Origin: Styela clava
Taxonomy: Eukaryota
Direction of reading: 5' to 3'
Length of the DNA stretch: 64,000 bases
Assembly (NCBI RefSeq): GCF_964204865.1
Contig: NC_135261.1
Location: 12,400,001-12,464,000, forward strand
The translations under genes were made by a program, and so were the position numbers. This document shows positions 11,826-25,900 of the stretch, piece after piece (the stretch's first letter is position 1; each line of letters starts with the position of its first letter). The notes below the pieces were generated by a model. The model ran no database searches and was not told the origin of the DNA. It worked only from the letters and a program-made list of their open reading frames with translations.

Positions 11826-14800
11826 GACTTGTCCAACAAGATGCTGCGCTGTTTTAATACAATCTGTTATGTATATGTATTGCCAGTTGCGGTAAAGTTA
11901 AATCATATGAAGGTTGAGACCACATACCCGTGCCTATTCATAACTTATGTATGGAAATGGAGGCAAGGAACACAATACGACAATTGGTCATATTATGGTC
12001 ATAGCAGAAATATTGCTATATAGGTCCACACGGTACTAATATTCGTAATAATTATCCAAAATTATCAAGGAAATATAATTCAGTCAGCGAAACCTAGCTG
12101 CTCAAAATACCTGGAAATATCGCAAAGAAACAATGTCATAATATAATAACTTAGAAATACACAATCATGAAAAAACATTGATATGGTGATTAGGATATGT
12201 TTCAAGACAAAAATATCCAAATAATGCTGGCTAATGTGCTCAGCAACGAGTATGAATATTTAATAGAAAATGTTTTGTGGAAAGTAGTTGATAGAAGATT
12301 ACTGGCTCAATAAAAATATGGAGTTGGAGTGCCGGTATGCATTCTGCAAAGGCGATATATTAAGTACTCAGGCCATAACAAAACGAAGCATCTAATCTAA
12401 GTTTTCTAAATACCAGTTACATGATTCACTAAACCTTATGACCACATATTGTCATTAATGACAAAAACGTCATTGCAACTGGATTAAAAACACTGAAAGA
12501 AATGAATATCTTGAGAACATACTGTGCCGATTTGTTTTTGTACATATACGATGGCCGTCATGGCGCAAAATCTAGTGTAGCCACGGCATCATGTTGCATT
12601 AGAATATTGGATTCTATTCCCGGCAATGGTATCTACATTTTAATTGAGATCTGTGCTTTTTGAGGTAAACACATGGGTATGTAACAGCACCGAGGACGGG
12701 AACTGTCCCAACAGTTGGTATAACCCTTTGAAGCACACTAAAATCATTTTTTTGCATATTCAATATTTTTTGACTCGGGTCATAGCTGACTCGATGATAA
12801 ATCTGTCACTCACGAGCTCTTCTATTTTTCTGATATTGAATGGTTGTTTAACTTTTATACGAAAAAATATATATGTACGACTTGAATTGGATCGGCGCCT
12901 TTACGGTTGCTTACTCGGATAAGCGTTAAGAACGACTTCGCCATTGTACTGCTAATTACTTCCCGTCCCGTACATAGTTCAGGCAATTGCTTCGCCATTT
13001 TCGCCGTTTTACGTTGTCGTTCCGGGGTTCTATCATCTTTCTCGTCCAACCTATCTGACTTGATAGTTATTAAAAAAAAACTGCCGAACAAACTGAGGGC
13101 TTTTGAGTCTTGAATTAATCCTTGTTATCGGCTTTCATTTCGATTGGATAGATGCGAAATATATCCGATATTGCTTTAAGGCCGATTATATGTATATGAT
13201 GATGATGATCAGTAAGTCAAGTAAGTTCTCAGAATCGATAATATTATGGAAAAAAGACGATAGACATATGCTTATTCAGCGCTAGTGATCATCATGTGTA
13301 TTCGAGCTTTGGCTTCTGCATGGACGGTTATAGGGAAATGACTTGTGAGGTATTAAAACAGGCGAGTCGAATTGACATGAGTTGACAAAATGAAAAGCTG
13401 TTTTTAGTGTTTAAACCTTCGGAAAAGGTTACAGGAATTTACCAACCATTTAGTATCACGTATACAGCTTTCTCCTTTCTTCTGTGTCGTTATTTTTAGG
13501 TTCAACATAGCTCAGTTTTACCATTTATGTTGCGCATGCGGTTTAAACTGAACACTGAACACTAACAATTTGACGCTTTGAAATGGCCAATTTCAAATTT
13601 CAAATCATGTTATATATATTATACGCACTCGGAATACCATTTGTAATTAATATCTTAAATTTTTCTAAAATGGAATTCACGAAGAGAGATGCTTGACAGA
13701 TGATTAGATCCCGTGGGTCATAATTAGATTAGATTTAGCCTACAGAATAATTTAAGCCCTTAAAATTAGTAACCGCTGTCCACAGTCAGCGCCACTCATA
13801 GATGAGATCCCGAGCAAATCTTTTCTCAACCCGGGCCATTCAATCGGAAGGCCAGACTTTAATTCGAAAAGGCGAAAAGAATAAAATTCTATCAACCAGG
13901 ATTTTTTTGAAACATGATCGAAGTAATATATCAATCCATGTATATTCTTGAATGGGGAATGTAGAATAATACTAGTCAAACTAGGATCGTTTGTTTGCAT
14001 TGTCAAGGGTATAGGTAAAACCATTAATCTCTGAAATTTATTCTTCTTACATCGGGTGAAAGTGTCGCGCTTTACGCTATTTCAAATTTTTGCTCCGCGG
14101 TGATGCTGAGAAAGATCTTTTTCATGTGTGTTTACACCCAAGTTTAAAATAAATGAGTACAGTAATTATGTTTAACAAAAGGACTTTAGATTAGTTAGAA
14201 CGTAGTGCATGCAGACTCCATCTAGTAATGAAGTATCCGACAACCTTAATATGCATTGCTTTTTAAACATCAAGGATGGTAACGATATACCACTATGCCG
14301 ATTTATTCTGGGTAGAAGTTGTGTAGTGCGCAGCCTAATAGCCCTCCAAGGATGAGGCCATTCAACGGCGAGAGGAACCATACACGCATCCCCGTTCCTA
14401 TAGTTAGTACTAAATGGCGATCATAAACACAATACTATAATTGCTCATACCATCAATTTCGCTGTATTAGTCCATACGTTATTAATGTTGATACAGTAAT
14501 TATCCCAAATAATTACCGATAGATAATATACATAATGGGTTTAGATCGATCGGGATTATTTAGGTTTTCTTTATTTGTTGAGGGTGAAAACGAATGAAAT
14601 AACTTATCGGCAAACGGTTCCGACGACGACAAGCTTGCCAGACTTAATGTGCGTCTTTTCTGGACGGCAAACAATAGGTTTCGTTCGTTGTTATACAGGA
14701 CTGAATGTTTGCTCTACTTGGGTTAGCCAGTGGGGTCAAGACCTTCGTCGGCTTGCGAACAATTTCCGAATTCCTGACGATGTGAATTTCGTATAGGTTA

Positions 14801-16977
14801 AAGTTCTATAAATAAGGAGATTGATTCTTCCTATTCGATAAAATATGTTTACATTATCCTGTATCAAACGAACAATGTATTTTCTTTCATACTCATGTAT
14901 CTTATTTGAACGAACTTATGTAGTGACTTGTGAGCGGTTAATCTTTTTGTAACTACAATTATTAGCGAATACGTCAAAGATGTTCAATTCTCACTTATTC
15001 AGATAGAGGCACCGATATCGGACTTACTGTTTCCCCCATTATCAAACTAGGAGAGTTGGTCTAATTTATTCTGATATGGCTTATGCGATTCAACGAGACT
15101 TACGAGAGTGCGCTGCATATGCATTTGTAAACAATTGCCCTATATCCACATTTCACCGTTTCTGGAGAATTTGGTCGAACTTTGTATAGAGATAGTTCAG
15201 ATTGGAATATAGCATGTGTATTGCTAACACATACTTCCGGAGGTCCCTTTGAAGCATAACAAAGCATTACTTGTATGAAATTATTTAGAAAAGTTCAGTT
15301 TGGTGATTACAGAACATAATTGTTTAATTAACTAGCTCGCTGACTTAAGGATTCTTTCACAACGTAATAATTGTCTTAGGGATTTATAAAATCTTTATTA
15401 AAATCTGTTTATGAGTTAGTGACATGTATATTTTAACACATTGCTATGATATTTTTACCGAGCTGGATCAATTTTACCGACGCCATCGACACTCTAGATA
15501 TATGAATCTTCACATTAGTTGGGCATTAACCTCGTATTTATGTAAAATTGGATTTGAACTCTTCTGCCTCACCATAACTTTCATTTCATTACGAATTCAC
15601 ATGACATGGCGACTTTTTGACGGATTACCTCAATATATATACTGTATATTATGCAACCAGTTATCAACTATATAAAAAATTGTTTCAACTTGTTTGGGGC
15701 GTGATTTGACGACACGATGATATACTGAGTGCTTGTTTGCTTTGTGCATGTCGACTGCCGATTCCATGCTTCCGCTCCACAATATTTTTGTTTGCTTAAG
15801 TCAAATAAAGAATTAATGGTAAACCTAATGGGTGCGTGACCGGTGACAGACTTCTTCAGGCAAGCATTTTTCAAATATAACAGTGAGCAACAAGCTTCTT
15901 GAATCAAATAGTATAACACTTACCAGATTTCAGTTTTTCTGAAGAAATAATATAGGGCTGATTTTCGCGTTGAATAGAACTTGGAGGTATGTTGCATGTT
16001 GTTAGGATATGTTAAAAGGAAAGAATATTTCAAATTGTCAATGTGGAATGGTACAAATCTATATGTATCACATGAGATTTTCCGTTGGTAAAAACCAGTT
16101 TGTACCATAGTACAATTTTTAGAATATTAAACGTTCTATTAATGGAGATAGGATCAAAAATATATATAAATAGACAATATATGGTACAGACTGAGTCTGA
16201 AAGTCTGAAACAGGTGTTTATATGTCTGAAAGAAAGATAAAACACAGCTTCACCAGGTATGAATATTTAGTATGTACTAATACAAACATGTACTAATTTC
16301 TAATTAAAGTGGTGACTATCTGATGCTCATGTTTGTGAAGGGTGTAATACAAGCTTAAGCAACACCCGGTTTTCTTAAAGTACAGTATTGTTAGACAAAG
16401 GTCAACATATCTTTGGCCCATTGTCCTAGCATCGCATTATTTTCCTAATCGCTGTACAGTATATAGCATTTTATGTGCTCATATTATTCTAAACTAGCAA
16501 TCTATTCCCAAATGCGATAACTAACATTTATACTTGAAACGTTCATAATAGCCGGGGGGTAGTTACATTGCTGAACAATTAAAATTGCACAAACGTTAAA
16601 AAAATAATAATTGCAAGTCAATTAGTTGTCGTCAGCTAATTTGTCGACAATAATGCAACTTCGTTGACGGCCTATATAACCTTCACGAATTTAGATTTAA
16701 TTATACACGATCGCAGACCCAGATGGATGGACGTCTATGTTCTGATGTTATGATTTATTCATGCATAACACCGCACTGTAAATATAATTAAAATCGCAGA
16801 GCGGGAAGATATTGAGAATAGTTTGAACTATCCACAGAGGAAGTTTTCGATTACATTGATTCATCAAAGCTTGGGGGCGATTTTTTCGAAATTTCTGCAC
16901 GGATGCAACATACTGGTGCGTAGCCAATACGTGCTTTCACCAACAGACAGTTAGAGTATAGAATTTATATTGTAGTT

Positions 16978-17489
16978 CAGCGGTTCCCAAAAGGTGCGGC
17001 GTGTTGCTAAGTGTGCGGCGAAAATTAACAGACTTGTGTTAAACATAACTAAAATATAATTGAATATTTTACATATTGAATTTGTTAAAAATGTTTCATT
17101 GTTTGCTATTTTAAAAGATGTGTATATAAACCAGTTTTAGCTCAGTAAAATGAATTCATTTTACCTTTCTATGTTGTTTACTTTCTGATACGTAGTGTCT
17201 GCATCTATTGACACGTAACAATACAGATAGACACAACTTGCTGCAATTTCGTGAACTTCGGTTTATTTATAGGCTGAACCGAGTTCGGCGAACATGTGAT
17301 TTGCGAGTGATTTGTTCAGCATTTCAGAGGAAAACCAGGCAGATATGAGGATGAAAAGTTGACCTTTTTAATCCGTTTACTCCGTAGAATTTTATTTAAA
17401 AGCAGCATTTTATTTTTGTGTACGCGCGCCGTGAGATTTTTTACTCTGATGATTTGGCCCCACACGAAAAAAAAGTTCGGGAACCGCTA
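16978..17489. mobile_element. hAT (Buster/Charlie-type) MITE
   Basis: Ends CAGCGGTTCCCAA ... TCGGGAACCGCTA; 8-bp TSD TTGTAGTT / TTATAGTT with central TA. Confidence 0.85.
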
Positions 17490-18873
17490 TTATAGTTTAT
17501 GTATTATTAAAAGGCAAAAATTTGATACAGCTGTAAGACTTGCTTTTAAGTACGTGCCTCAGACTCAGTAAAATTCGAATGACTCTTTAGTACAGTACTT
17601 AAACAGTTTTTTATGCTCGTACGAAAAAATTCAGTGTTTTAGATTAGCATTGCTACTTGATTTAAGTATAAGGAGCTTCTAGTCATGTGTTTGACACTAT
17701 TTTATGTTATTGAGAATAGCATCTGTTTTGTAATACATAACACATACTGAGATTTGAAACAAACAACTAAGGGTTTATATCAGTTTGTATACAGGAAAGT
17801 CTTTATCGGTTCAGTAATCGCTGAGAATAACTTTGTTTGCGCCACATTTTAATCTGGTTCCGAAACTGTTTATCACGAAAACTCCTTGAGCTATGACCCC
17901 ATTAAAGGATTGGATTAGAATCTGTATTTTGACTGAGTTGATCCGCGTATGAAATAATAATTTAGAATAATTAGGATTACCCCAAAGTCCACATTTTTGT
18001 TAATATTTGGAAAAGACGCGTCTCTATGATTAATGCAGTTATTATGGAAGTTAAGCTAATGGACTGTGTATTAATCTAAGTGGGAAATCATTGTCATTTC
18101 TGATACTTAATTTGTGTCAGTGTTCTAAACCGCAAATTGGTATAAAATATAGTAAAAACTGCTCAAATTTCACAATACCATCCCGGTATATTCAACTTCA
18201 GTATACAGAAAATCTATTTGCCCACGACCGGAAGAGTGATGCTCAATATAAGTGTCCTTCTTGACAAATATCTGCTACAGTATAGGTTTTTCAAGTTTCG
18301 AAAGGACTTTAATCAAAGTTACCGTTACAAATATTGGTTCATGCCCTATGATTGAGTTAATTAACTTCCGACCGTGCTAAAGAATTTAAATATTCTTTAT
18401 GTTCTAAATTTGTATTTTTAGCTGTAACGCCCTATTCCATTTTTGAGACTGTTTTGTAGCTAAAGTTTCAATGTTGTAGGCGGAAAAAACCGGATATACT
18501 CATCAACCGCAACGTCTTCCGAATAAAAACATATTTATGTCAATCAGTATTGTTTTTAAAGAATTTCGAAAGTTATATCCCATCAATTTGAGACGTCAAT
18601 CACCATACAATGAAAGCGATACTGCATTGTGATTTTTGGTATAGGTTTTTAGATTTAGGATGCGAATTTAATTCAATGATTTTTGTTAAGGTTCGCTTGT
18701 CACTTGATTTCGGTTTCAGTTAATTTTAAGCATTTGTAGTTTTAGGCATACGGATAACGCACGTTAGGGCTTCCAATGAAGTCTGTTCCTGAATGCCTTT
18801 AAGCTGTTAATCGTGGTTGATTTTACGGATCAGCGTATAACTAATTGAACACGCAAACTTATCCCACGGCGAC

Positions 18874-19769
18874 GCGCGCAACCTGTTTTGGAAAAACATT
18901 TAAGAATGCATGCGTGCTCACCTGCGACATTGGAAACTCTATCAGATTAGACATTTTAGGTGCGAATAAGTTTGCAAGTGATATAAAATGCACATTCCAT
19001 CACAAAATTACTTCTTCATTTCTAAATGTCGTGTATCACTGAGTATTATAAAATATTCCAACCCATTTCCAACGGATAAAGTGTGAACAATTGTAGAAAA
19101 AGTTGACGTATTATGTTCGTATGAAAATAAGTCCTCACTATTCAAAGATTATTTGACAATATTAGCACATATAAAGTTCAAAGTGTGTATCGAATTTTAA
19201 CAAAGTATTTTATTAATAAAAGCAAAATAATGGCTAAGACGCCTCGACTTTTGAAAGTTGTTGGTAATTCCTTCGCTAAATTGTAATCCTGACGCGACAG
19301 TAATCCCTCATTTTCGTGCTGGTTGGATAAATTTCAACGCCGTTCAGTGCAGTTAGCAAGGCCAAATTTGCACACCTTCGTGAGTACCTGTCAGGTGCCT
19401 GGGGCTGTTTTGAAACAAGTTTGGGCATATCTATTCTATAGCTTGAATTTGGGTGAATCGTAGTGTAGTGAAATTGGAGGAAGCTTTATTTGAATAACAA
19501 AGGTTCAGCATACAAAACAAGGTAGCAAATCCAAAGCTGTCTACAACGTATAAGTTACTTGGACATCATCAGCAGTTTTCAACCAAATTGTGGTTTGAGG
19601 CAAGTGTATGCAAGGTCATACACACAGACCCGGCATATTGAGTTACGTGTCTCTATAAACACGATCTCTGGTGGCCAAAGTGATTCGGTTGCATTTTCTG
19701 AGTGTTTGAAGTGAACGAGATTGACCGCTTGATTCGAAAAACGAAGAATCAGCAGCAAAAAATGCACCC
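18874..19769. promoter_or_regulatory. Three metal-response-element cores upstream of the ZIP start codon
   Basis: TGCRCNC matches: TGCGCGC (18874-18880,-), TGCACAC (19369-19375,+), TGCACCC (19763-19769,+). Motif match only. Confidence 0.35.
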
Positions 19770-19990
19770 ATGTGAACGTGCTGATGAATGTTGTTGTCTA
19801 CATACGAACAGGATCCCGTTATATATATTACAGCATGCTTTGTAGATGATTCCTATCCAAATTCCAGTCGAGATGCAAGAAAATTTGGTATATTGTTTGT
19901 ATTTTATATATTGATGAAACATAAACTAAACTAATAGTCTATTTTCCAATACATTACAGTTTTTGTACACTTTTATAATAGATATTAAGT

Positions 19991-22900
19991 ATGCAAAACG
20001 TCTTAGTTACTTTGTTACTGGTTTGCCTTATAAGAAAATCCTATTGTTGGTACACAGGACCGGATGGAAAAATTGCTTTAGAAGGAACGGTAGGTAAATT
20101 TAAATAAAAAGCTTCTTTCATAAACAATATACTAAAACATTTAAAAAATATTGTTGGTTGTTTCCACATTTTCGTCCGTATTTAAAGTGAAAAACACGTC
20201 CTATTTTATGGTCAGAAAATAGGCCTATTTACAATTTTTGACAAATTAACAAGAGTAAGACAATTTTTGAAGCGCAATGAACTCAAGACGCTATAAACAT
20301 CATGATGGCATTTCATAATTTATTTTTGTTAATTTTCGTTTCTTTCTTTATATTAAATATGAATTAAATTGTTTCTAGCCTGAATTTGAAGCCAACAAAT
20401 ATATCAAGAAAATATTTACAAAGTACGTGGTCGATTTCAAAATTAGCGACAAAATGAGTGAACAGATGCTGGCGGAACTGATGAGTAATCTCGGTCTTGG
20501 GATCATCCACAAACTGCCCAGAAGTGACGATATTCCTCACCATGATGAAGACGAAGAAGATCACCACGGTTAGTTGAAAATTTATAATATTATTGCGACA
20601 AGTGATTGATTTTGTTATATGCTTTCATGATGAAAAAAAAATAATGTCATTCCAGGGAACGTATTTTTCGTTTCAATTTATCTATTTATTTTTTTTTTCA
20701 ATATTTTTCATATTGCTACTTCTGAAAATGAAACACGAATTTTTCGCTAATTTTTGTCAGATCGACGAAGAAGAAAAAGAAGCAATCCTGGCAATCGTGA
20801 TCATGATAAACAGGTACAAAAGTATTTCTTGACGTTTTTTTGGTGGTTAAATTTGAAAATGAAACGCATCTGTATGACTCACAAAACAGGTTGTCGGAAG
20901 TGTGAAGATACTACAGTTGGAATTTGCAGGAATAAAAATAATTTGATCTGAAATAGCCCTATCCTAAAAGAAAAGCCTTATCTGTTATCTTATAACCGCA
21001 ATAGAAAATGATTAAAACAAAACCTAGCTCTGGACCCCAAGCTTAGTAAAGCTCAAATATCAGTGCATTCGGCCCAAACAGATGTTGATTGATAATTGTA
21101 GATACATTTGTGTTTTAGTTTATATAGAAGTTGAGGCATTCATTTTTAAATTTGGCAATGTGCCCTATTGATTGCTCCAGCAAAGAATCATTTATAACAG
21201 TAGATAATTAATAATACACTGTTTTGAATAAAACAATGAAATTGATTATTATTTTAGCCTACTGATGTTACTAAATTTGCCGACTCCGTATCGTCAATTC
21301 CACATTTTCATGAAAATGTAACTGAAAACTCAAACAATTCTAACGTAAGTTGTTGTTGTTGTTGAAATTTTTGTTAAAACTAATGACAACGCTTAATTTT
21401 TTTGTTTATCTAAATAAACGGTATCAAATGTGATGCAGTGTTTCAAAATAAAAAACTTGTATTGGAAATAATAGCATGCATTCTTGTTGCAATATTCATA
21501 CGAATAATTTTATTTTAAACACGATGCAGTTCAAATTCTCCTTTTTAGATTTAGAAATGGCCGAAATTCATGTGTTGGATTTCTATGTCATCCTCTGGTA
21601 CTTAACTATCTATTAAATTTTCTTCAAATTCAATCAGTCATTTAGTTACCATAACCTAATACCTTTTATTTGTTAGTCTTGCCATATAAGATCTTAATAC
21701 CTTGATTATATAATTCTTGCACGGACTAGAAAATTATTTCATAATGACACCTTTACAGATTATTCTTAACTTTCAAATACTTACGTTTATTTACCAGTGT
21801 CTCTCTGCTTCTATCCTAATTCAAGATTATGGAATTAACAAGGAAGGAGGAATCGGAGCTTACCAGTTTGGGATGCTCTGTCCGGCATTAATATATCTAA
21901 CGGATGAGAAAACCTGCATCGAACGTGAAGATGATGGTTAGTATTTAAAGAATTCTGCTGTCGCTGCTAACAAAATAGTGTAACTATGTACCCAAGATGC
22001 CGACATAAACTTAGATGTTTCATATTTTTAAGACACGTGTTATTTTTAGCCATGAATGTCCGAGTGGTATGTGTTCAATAATACCTTCAAATATACTTTT
22101 TAGCTTGTTACAACCGAAAATGATACTGTTTGCGTTCACAGTCATTACCTCTCCTCCAGTTGGAAAATTTGGTTGCCAGGTTTTGCGAGCAATAGGTGTT
22201 TTGTAAAGGGCAAATTACCTGAATACCTGAGAACGTTTGGTTTTTACCGCCGCTAATCGATGTCATAGTTAATGTGATCAATCTTTTCAATCTTGATAAG
22301 AATAGAATAACAGACTATTTCAGATAAAATGTTTTGTCGGTATGATTCTTCAGCTAGTTCGGTAACCAACCAGTAAACTTTCAATAAGTTAGTCTTTGAG
22401 TTTCCTCGCCCGGCACTAAACTCACTTAATCTAATGTGATAGGAACCGATATGACCTTATGTCTTTTTTAATATTTCGCAATGCCATAGGTTAATACAGA
22501 AACAAACTTAAATATACGTTTGCGTTTTAAAACGATAAGTTGAATCATCAGGGAATATACTCATGCTCCTAGCGGTTATAATCATGAACCGAAGTCTTAT
22601 TTGCGGAGTTCAAATAAGAATAACACTCGTAATTTAAGCGCAGTTCATAGCTGATATCGTGTTGAAATCCGAGTGATATTAAACATTTTAAAAATACAAT
22701 TGCTTTATTTTATCGAGCATGAGCTATTATAAAGAACGATTTTTCTTCAGTGTAAATATCCATAAATACATTCTTTACATATTTAATTAATTCAATTTAC
22801 TTATCTCCGTATAGAATAGTAAATAGCCTTAGAGAGCAAAGTAATACTGATATAGCCGGATATAAAATTTTCATAAGATAAAAATGTAACAATTCGTTCC

Positions 22901-25900
22901 AGTCAATGCTACACTAATTCAGCCATATGGAGTTTGTTGTCGATTTCACTTTCAGGTGCATTCTATACTTTACGCCTCGATCCTAATCGTATTTGATCTA
23001 GTGAAATAAATATGGGCTGACGAGGCTCTCGTAACCGAACAAGTGAAATTTGAGGTAATAAAACAATGATAAATGTTACCTTGCACAGGCGTTGGAGCAA
23101 AGCGTCATTCACAATCTTGTTAAAACTGCTTATTTTCATTTTTGAAATAAATGTCAGCCTACGCATTACCCTTCAACTTTATCTACTTATACTGTTGTGC
23201 GGATTTTCCGCATTTTTTGATAATTTTCAAATACTTAATAAAACATTTTTGTCACACTTTCGTCTTCAAGGTAAAATGCTGTAAAATTAACGCAAAACCC
23301 GCAATTACTCATTTAACGCAATAGGACGCGCCATTATTTGTATTCATTCAACCAAAAATGCACCAATTCTTGCCGTCAAAAAAATTAACAATCTTGATAA
23401 TGCTTTTGTATCGAATGTGAAGTATATGCTATTATTTCAAAAAAGTTAAATAACATTAAAATCCATATTTATATTCCACATTCGCTACACTCTAATCACG
23501 AGTATTACCACAAGATATGTGAGATACTACAAGCTAAGCACAACTTATTTAACTTCAACAAACTGACATTTATATTCACTGACGCATTCGACCGACATAG
23601 AATATTTTCAACAGTTTTTATATAAGAATGTGACTTTAATGCACTGCGTTAACTGGGCATTAGGTAACTGGGCAGGCTGCATTGGAGTTTTTACTTGTTT
23701 CTCATATCATTCACGATTGATCCCCTCATAGTAGTCTCAAGGACCTATGTAGACAAATTAGCCATAGTTGAGTCATTTTTTAGAATATTTAGCAGCAATA
23801 TGATCAGGAAATACTTTTTTCAATACCATATTAAAATCGACATACCATGTTTTTATGAAACTTCAAAATCTTTATACTTACAGACGAAACCAGTTCAAAA
23901 TCAACTTCCGCGCAAGTGTGGGGATATGGCTTCTTGTCTGTTACCGTAATTAGTTTATTGTCATTTCTTGGAGTCGCTATTGTTCCTCTGATATCGGCTT
24001 CTTTCTTCCAAACACTGTTGTCCGTTCTGGTTGCTGGCGCCGTAGGAGCTTTAAGTGGAGACGCCCTACTTCATTTAATCCCACATGTAAGTGTTTTAAC
24101 TTGATCGAATTTAGATCGAAACTTTGTGATTAAAATACAAACGGTTTGTACCCCAAATTGTCGTCGTTCAGTTTTTCAATCATTGTAAAATAGTATTCGC
24201 AAAGTAGTTGTTATCAATCTCCACTTTTGAACTTTACATAAGTGTAGACACGTCATTCGGTGAAGGTGTCGTAAAGTTTGTTTGTCCCTGGACTGTTTGA
24301 ATTTGGTGAACAGTATTTGTATCATCAAACCTAACAATGGCGAGTTTATATTGTCAGTGAGGAAACTATACCGTGCTTAAATACGAAGCCCCCGTTGCAG
24401 TATACTCAGTGAAATTTCCCTTGTAATATGTGAGACAGAGACTCTGTCTATAGAATAATCGCCGGCATGAAAATTGTTTAGTCCGGATCAAAATCGGTAA
24501 TTCGAATTACCATTTTAAACTTGCATCTTTCACTTTATTATTTGTCCAGTCTCAATCATCATCTCACGAACACAGCAACGAACCAATTTTAAAAAATCTC
24601 ACCGTTCTTGCTGGAATCTATTTTCTGTTTGTAGTCGAAGGTATCATGAAAATAATGCAACACAGAAGGGAGAGAATGAAACTAGTAGGGAAATCATAAA
24701 TTTTTTTATTGCTTTGCATGTTGTGATAAAGTCGATAAGCCTTGGTAGTTTTTGAACATGAATTAGGCATATGCATCGTTTTGAAAAAATCGCAATCCAC
24801 CTCTTCTTTTTCTTGTTACCAAACAAATCGCGGTAAAAATTCAGTAATTCAGTAATTAGCAATGTAAGTGTAAGCTTTTCGGAGTCCACTTTATTATCCA
24901 GAGATTCACTTGGTTTAAAAAGGCGCGCCACTGAGCGTTTTTTTCAGTCGGTTCAATTTTTGTAAATCAAGTTTCAATAATTTGACGATACCGGTAGAGC
25001 ATCACCTACGTGTATATATATATATGATTAGGCATTTCTCTTTAGTTTAATATATCACATCGCTAAAATATTGGCATCAAATGGATGCTTGCTGAAGATA
25101 AATCGTTTTTCAATCAAAGGTTCTCTTTCATTTCATTTTTTTTGCATTCAGCAGCTCGAGCATTGAATAGCTATTTAATTTGATTGCCGAATATCGGGAT
25201 TAGAATGTCGGGTTACAGTAACTGTAACAATACAGTTCATAAAATAAGTTACCAATGACTATAAATACCCCAAACGTTTTATTTATTTCAGAACAGGAAA
25301 CATAACGATATAAAGGACAACAGTGACGAAAAACTACGTAGTAAAACCGGGAATGATTATGTTAACGATGATGTTGAAGATGGTGATAGGCAAATACAAT
25401 TATCAAAAGAAAAGTCTCACTCACATCACCATCATCACGAGACTGATCCTCATGGACATCACCATGATCATGAAAATATGGAAGGTTAATTTGATTCGTC
25501 GTGATTTTATTGCTCATAGGTTGTAGGTATTCATGATCGCCCAGAATTAAATAAAATAAGTATATATGTTTCTTAACTATGACACCCTATGGAAATTCTT
25601 CTGTCTCATCTGTTGTCGCTACCTGACACCCAGCTCTGATTCCACGCGGCTTCCTTTCCCCAGTAAAATTGTGTGTCCCATTTCGATTTACCTTAACTTT
25701 ATATGCTATTTTACTGGTTGAATTATAATCTTGACTATAATTATAGCAGGTATATCATGAATATGCTCATTTAAATGAATTTATATTGCAGACAAAGGCA
25801 TTGCAAGTATGGCTTGGATGGTGATTGCAGGCGATGGAATGCATAACTTTAGTGACGGTGTTGCCATCGGTAAGATGTTTGTGACAATGGCATTCTGACA

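Noticed and set aside
12000-16900. Short ORFs in the intergenic region upstream of ZIP
   Set aside because: No domain motifs or phase-consistent exon chain could be assembled by eye.
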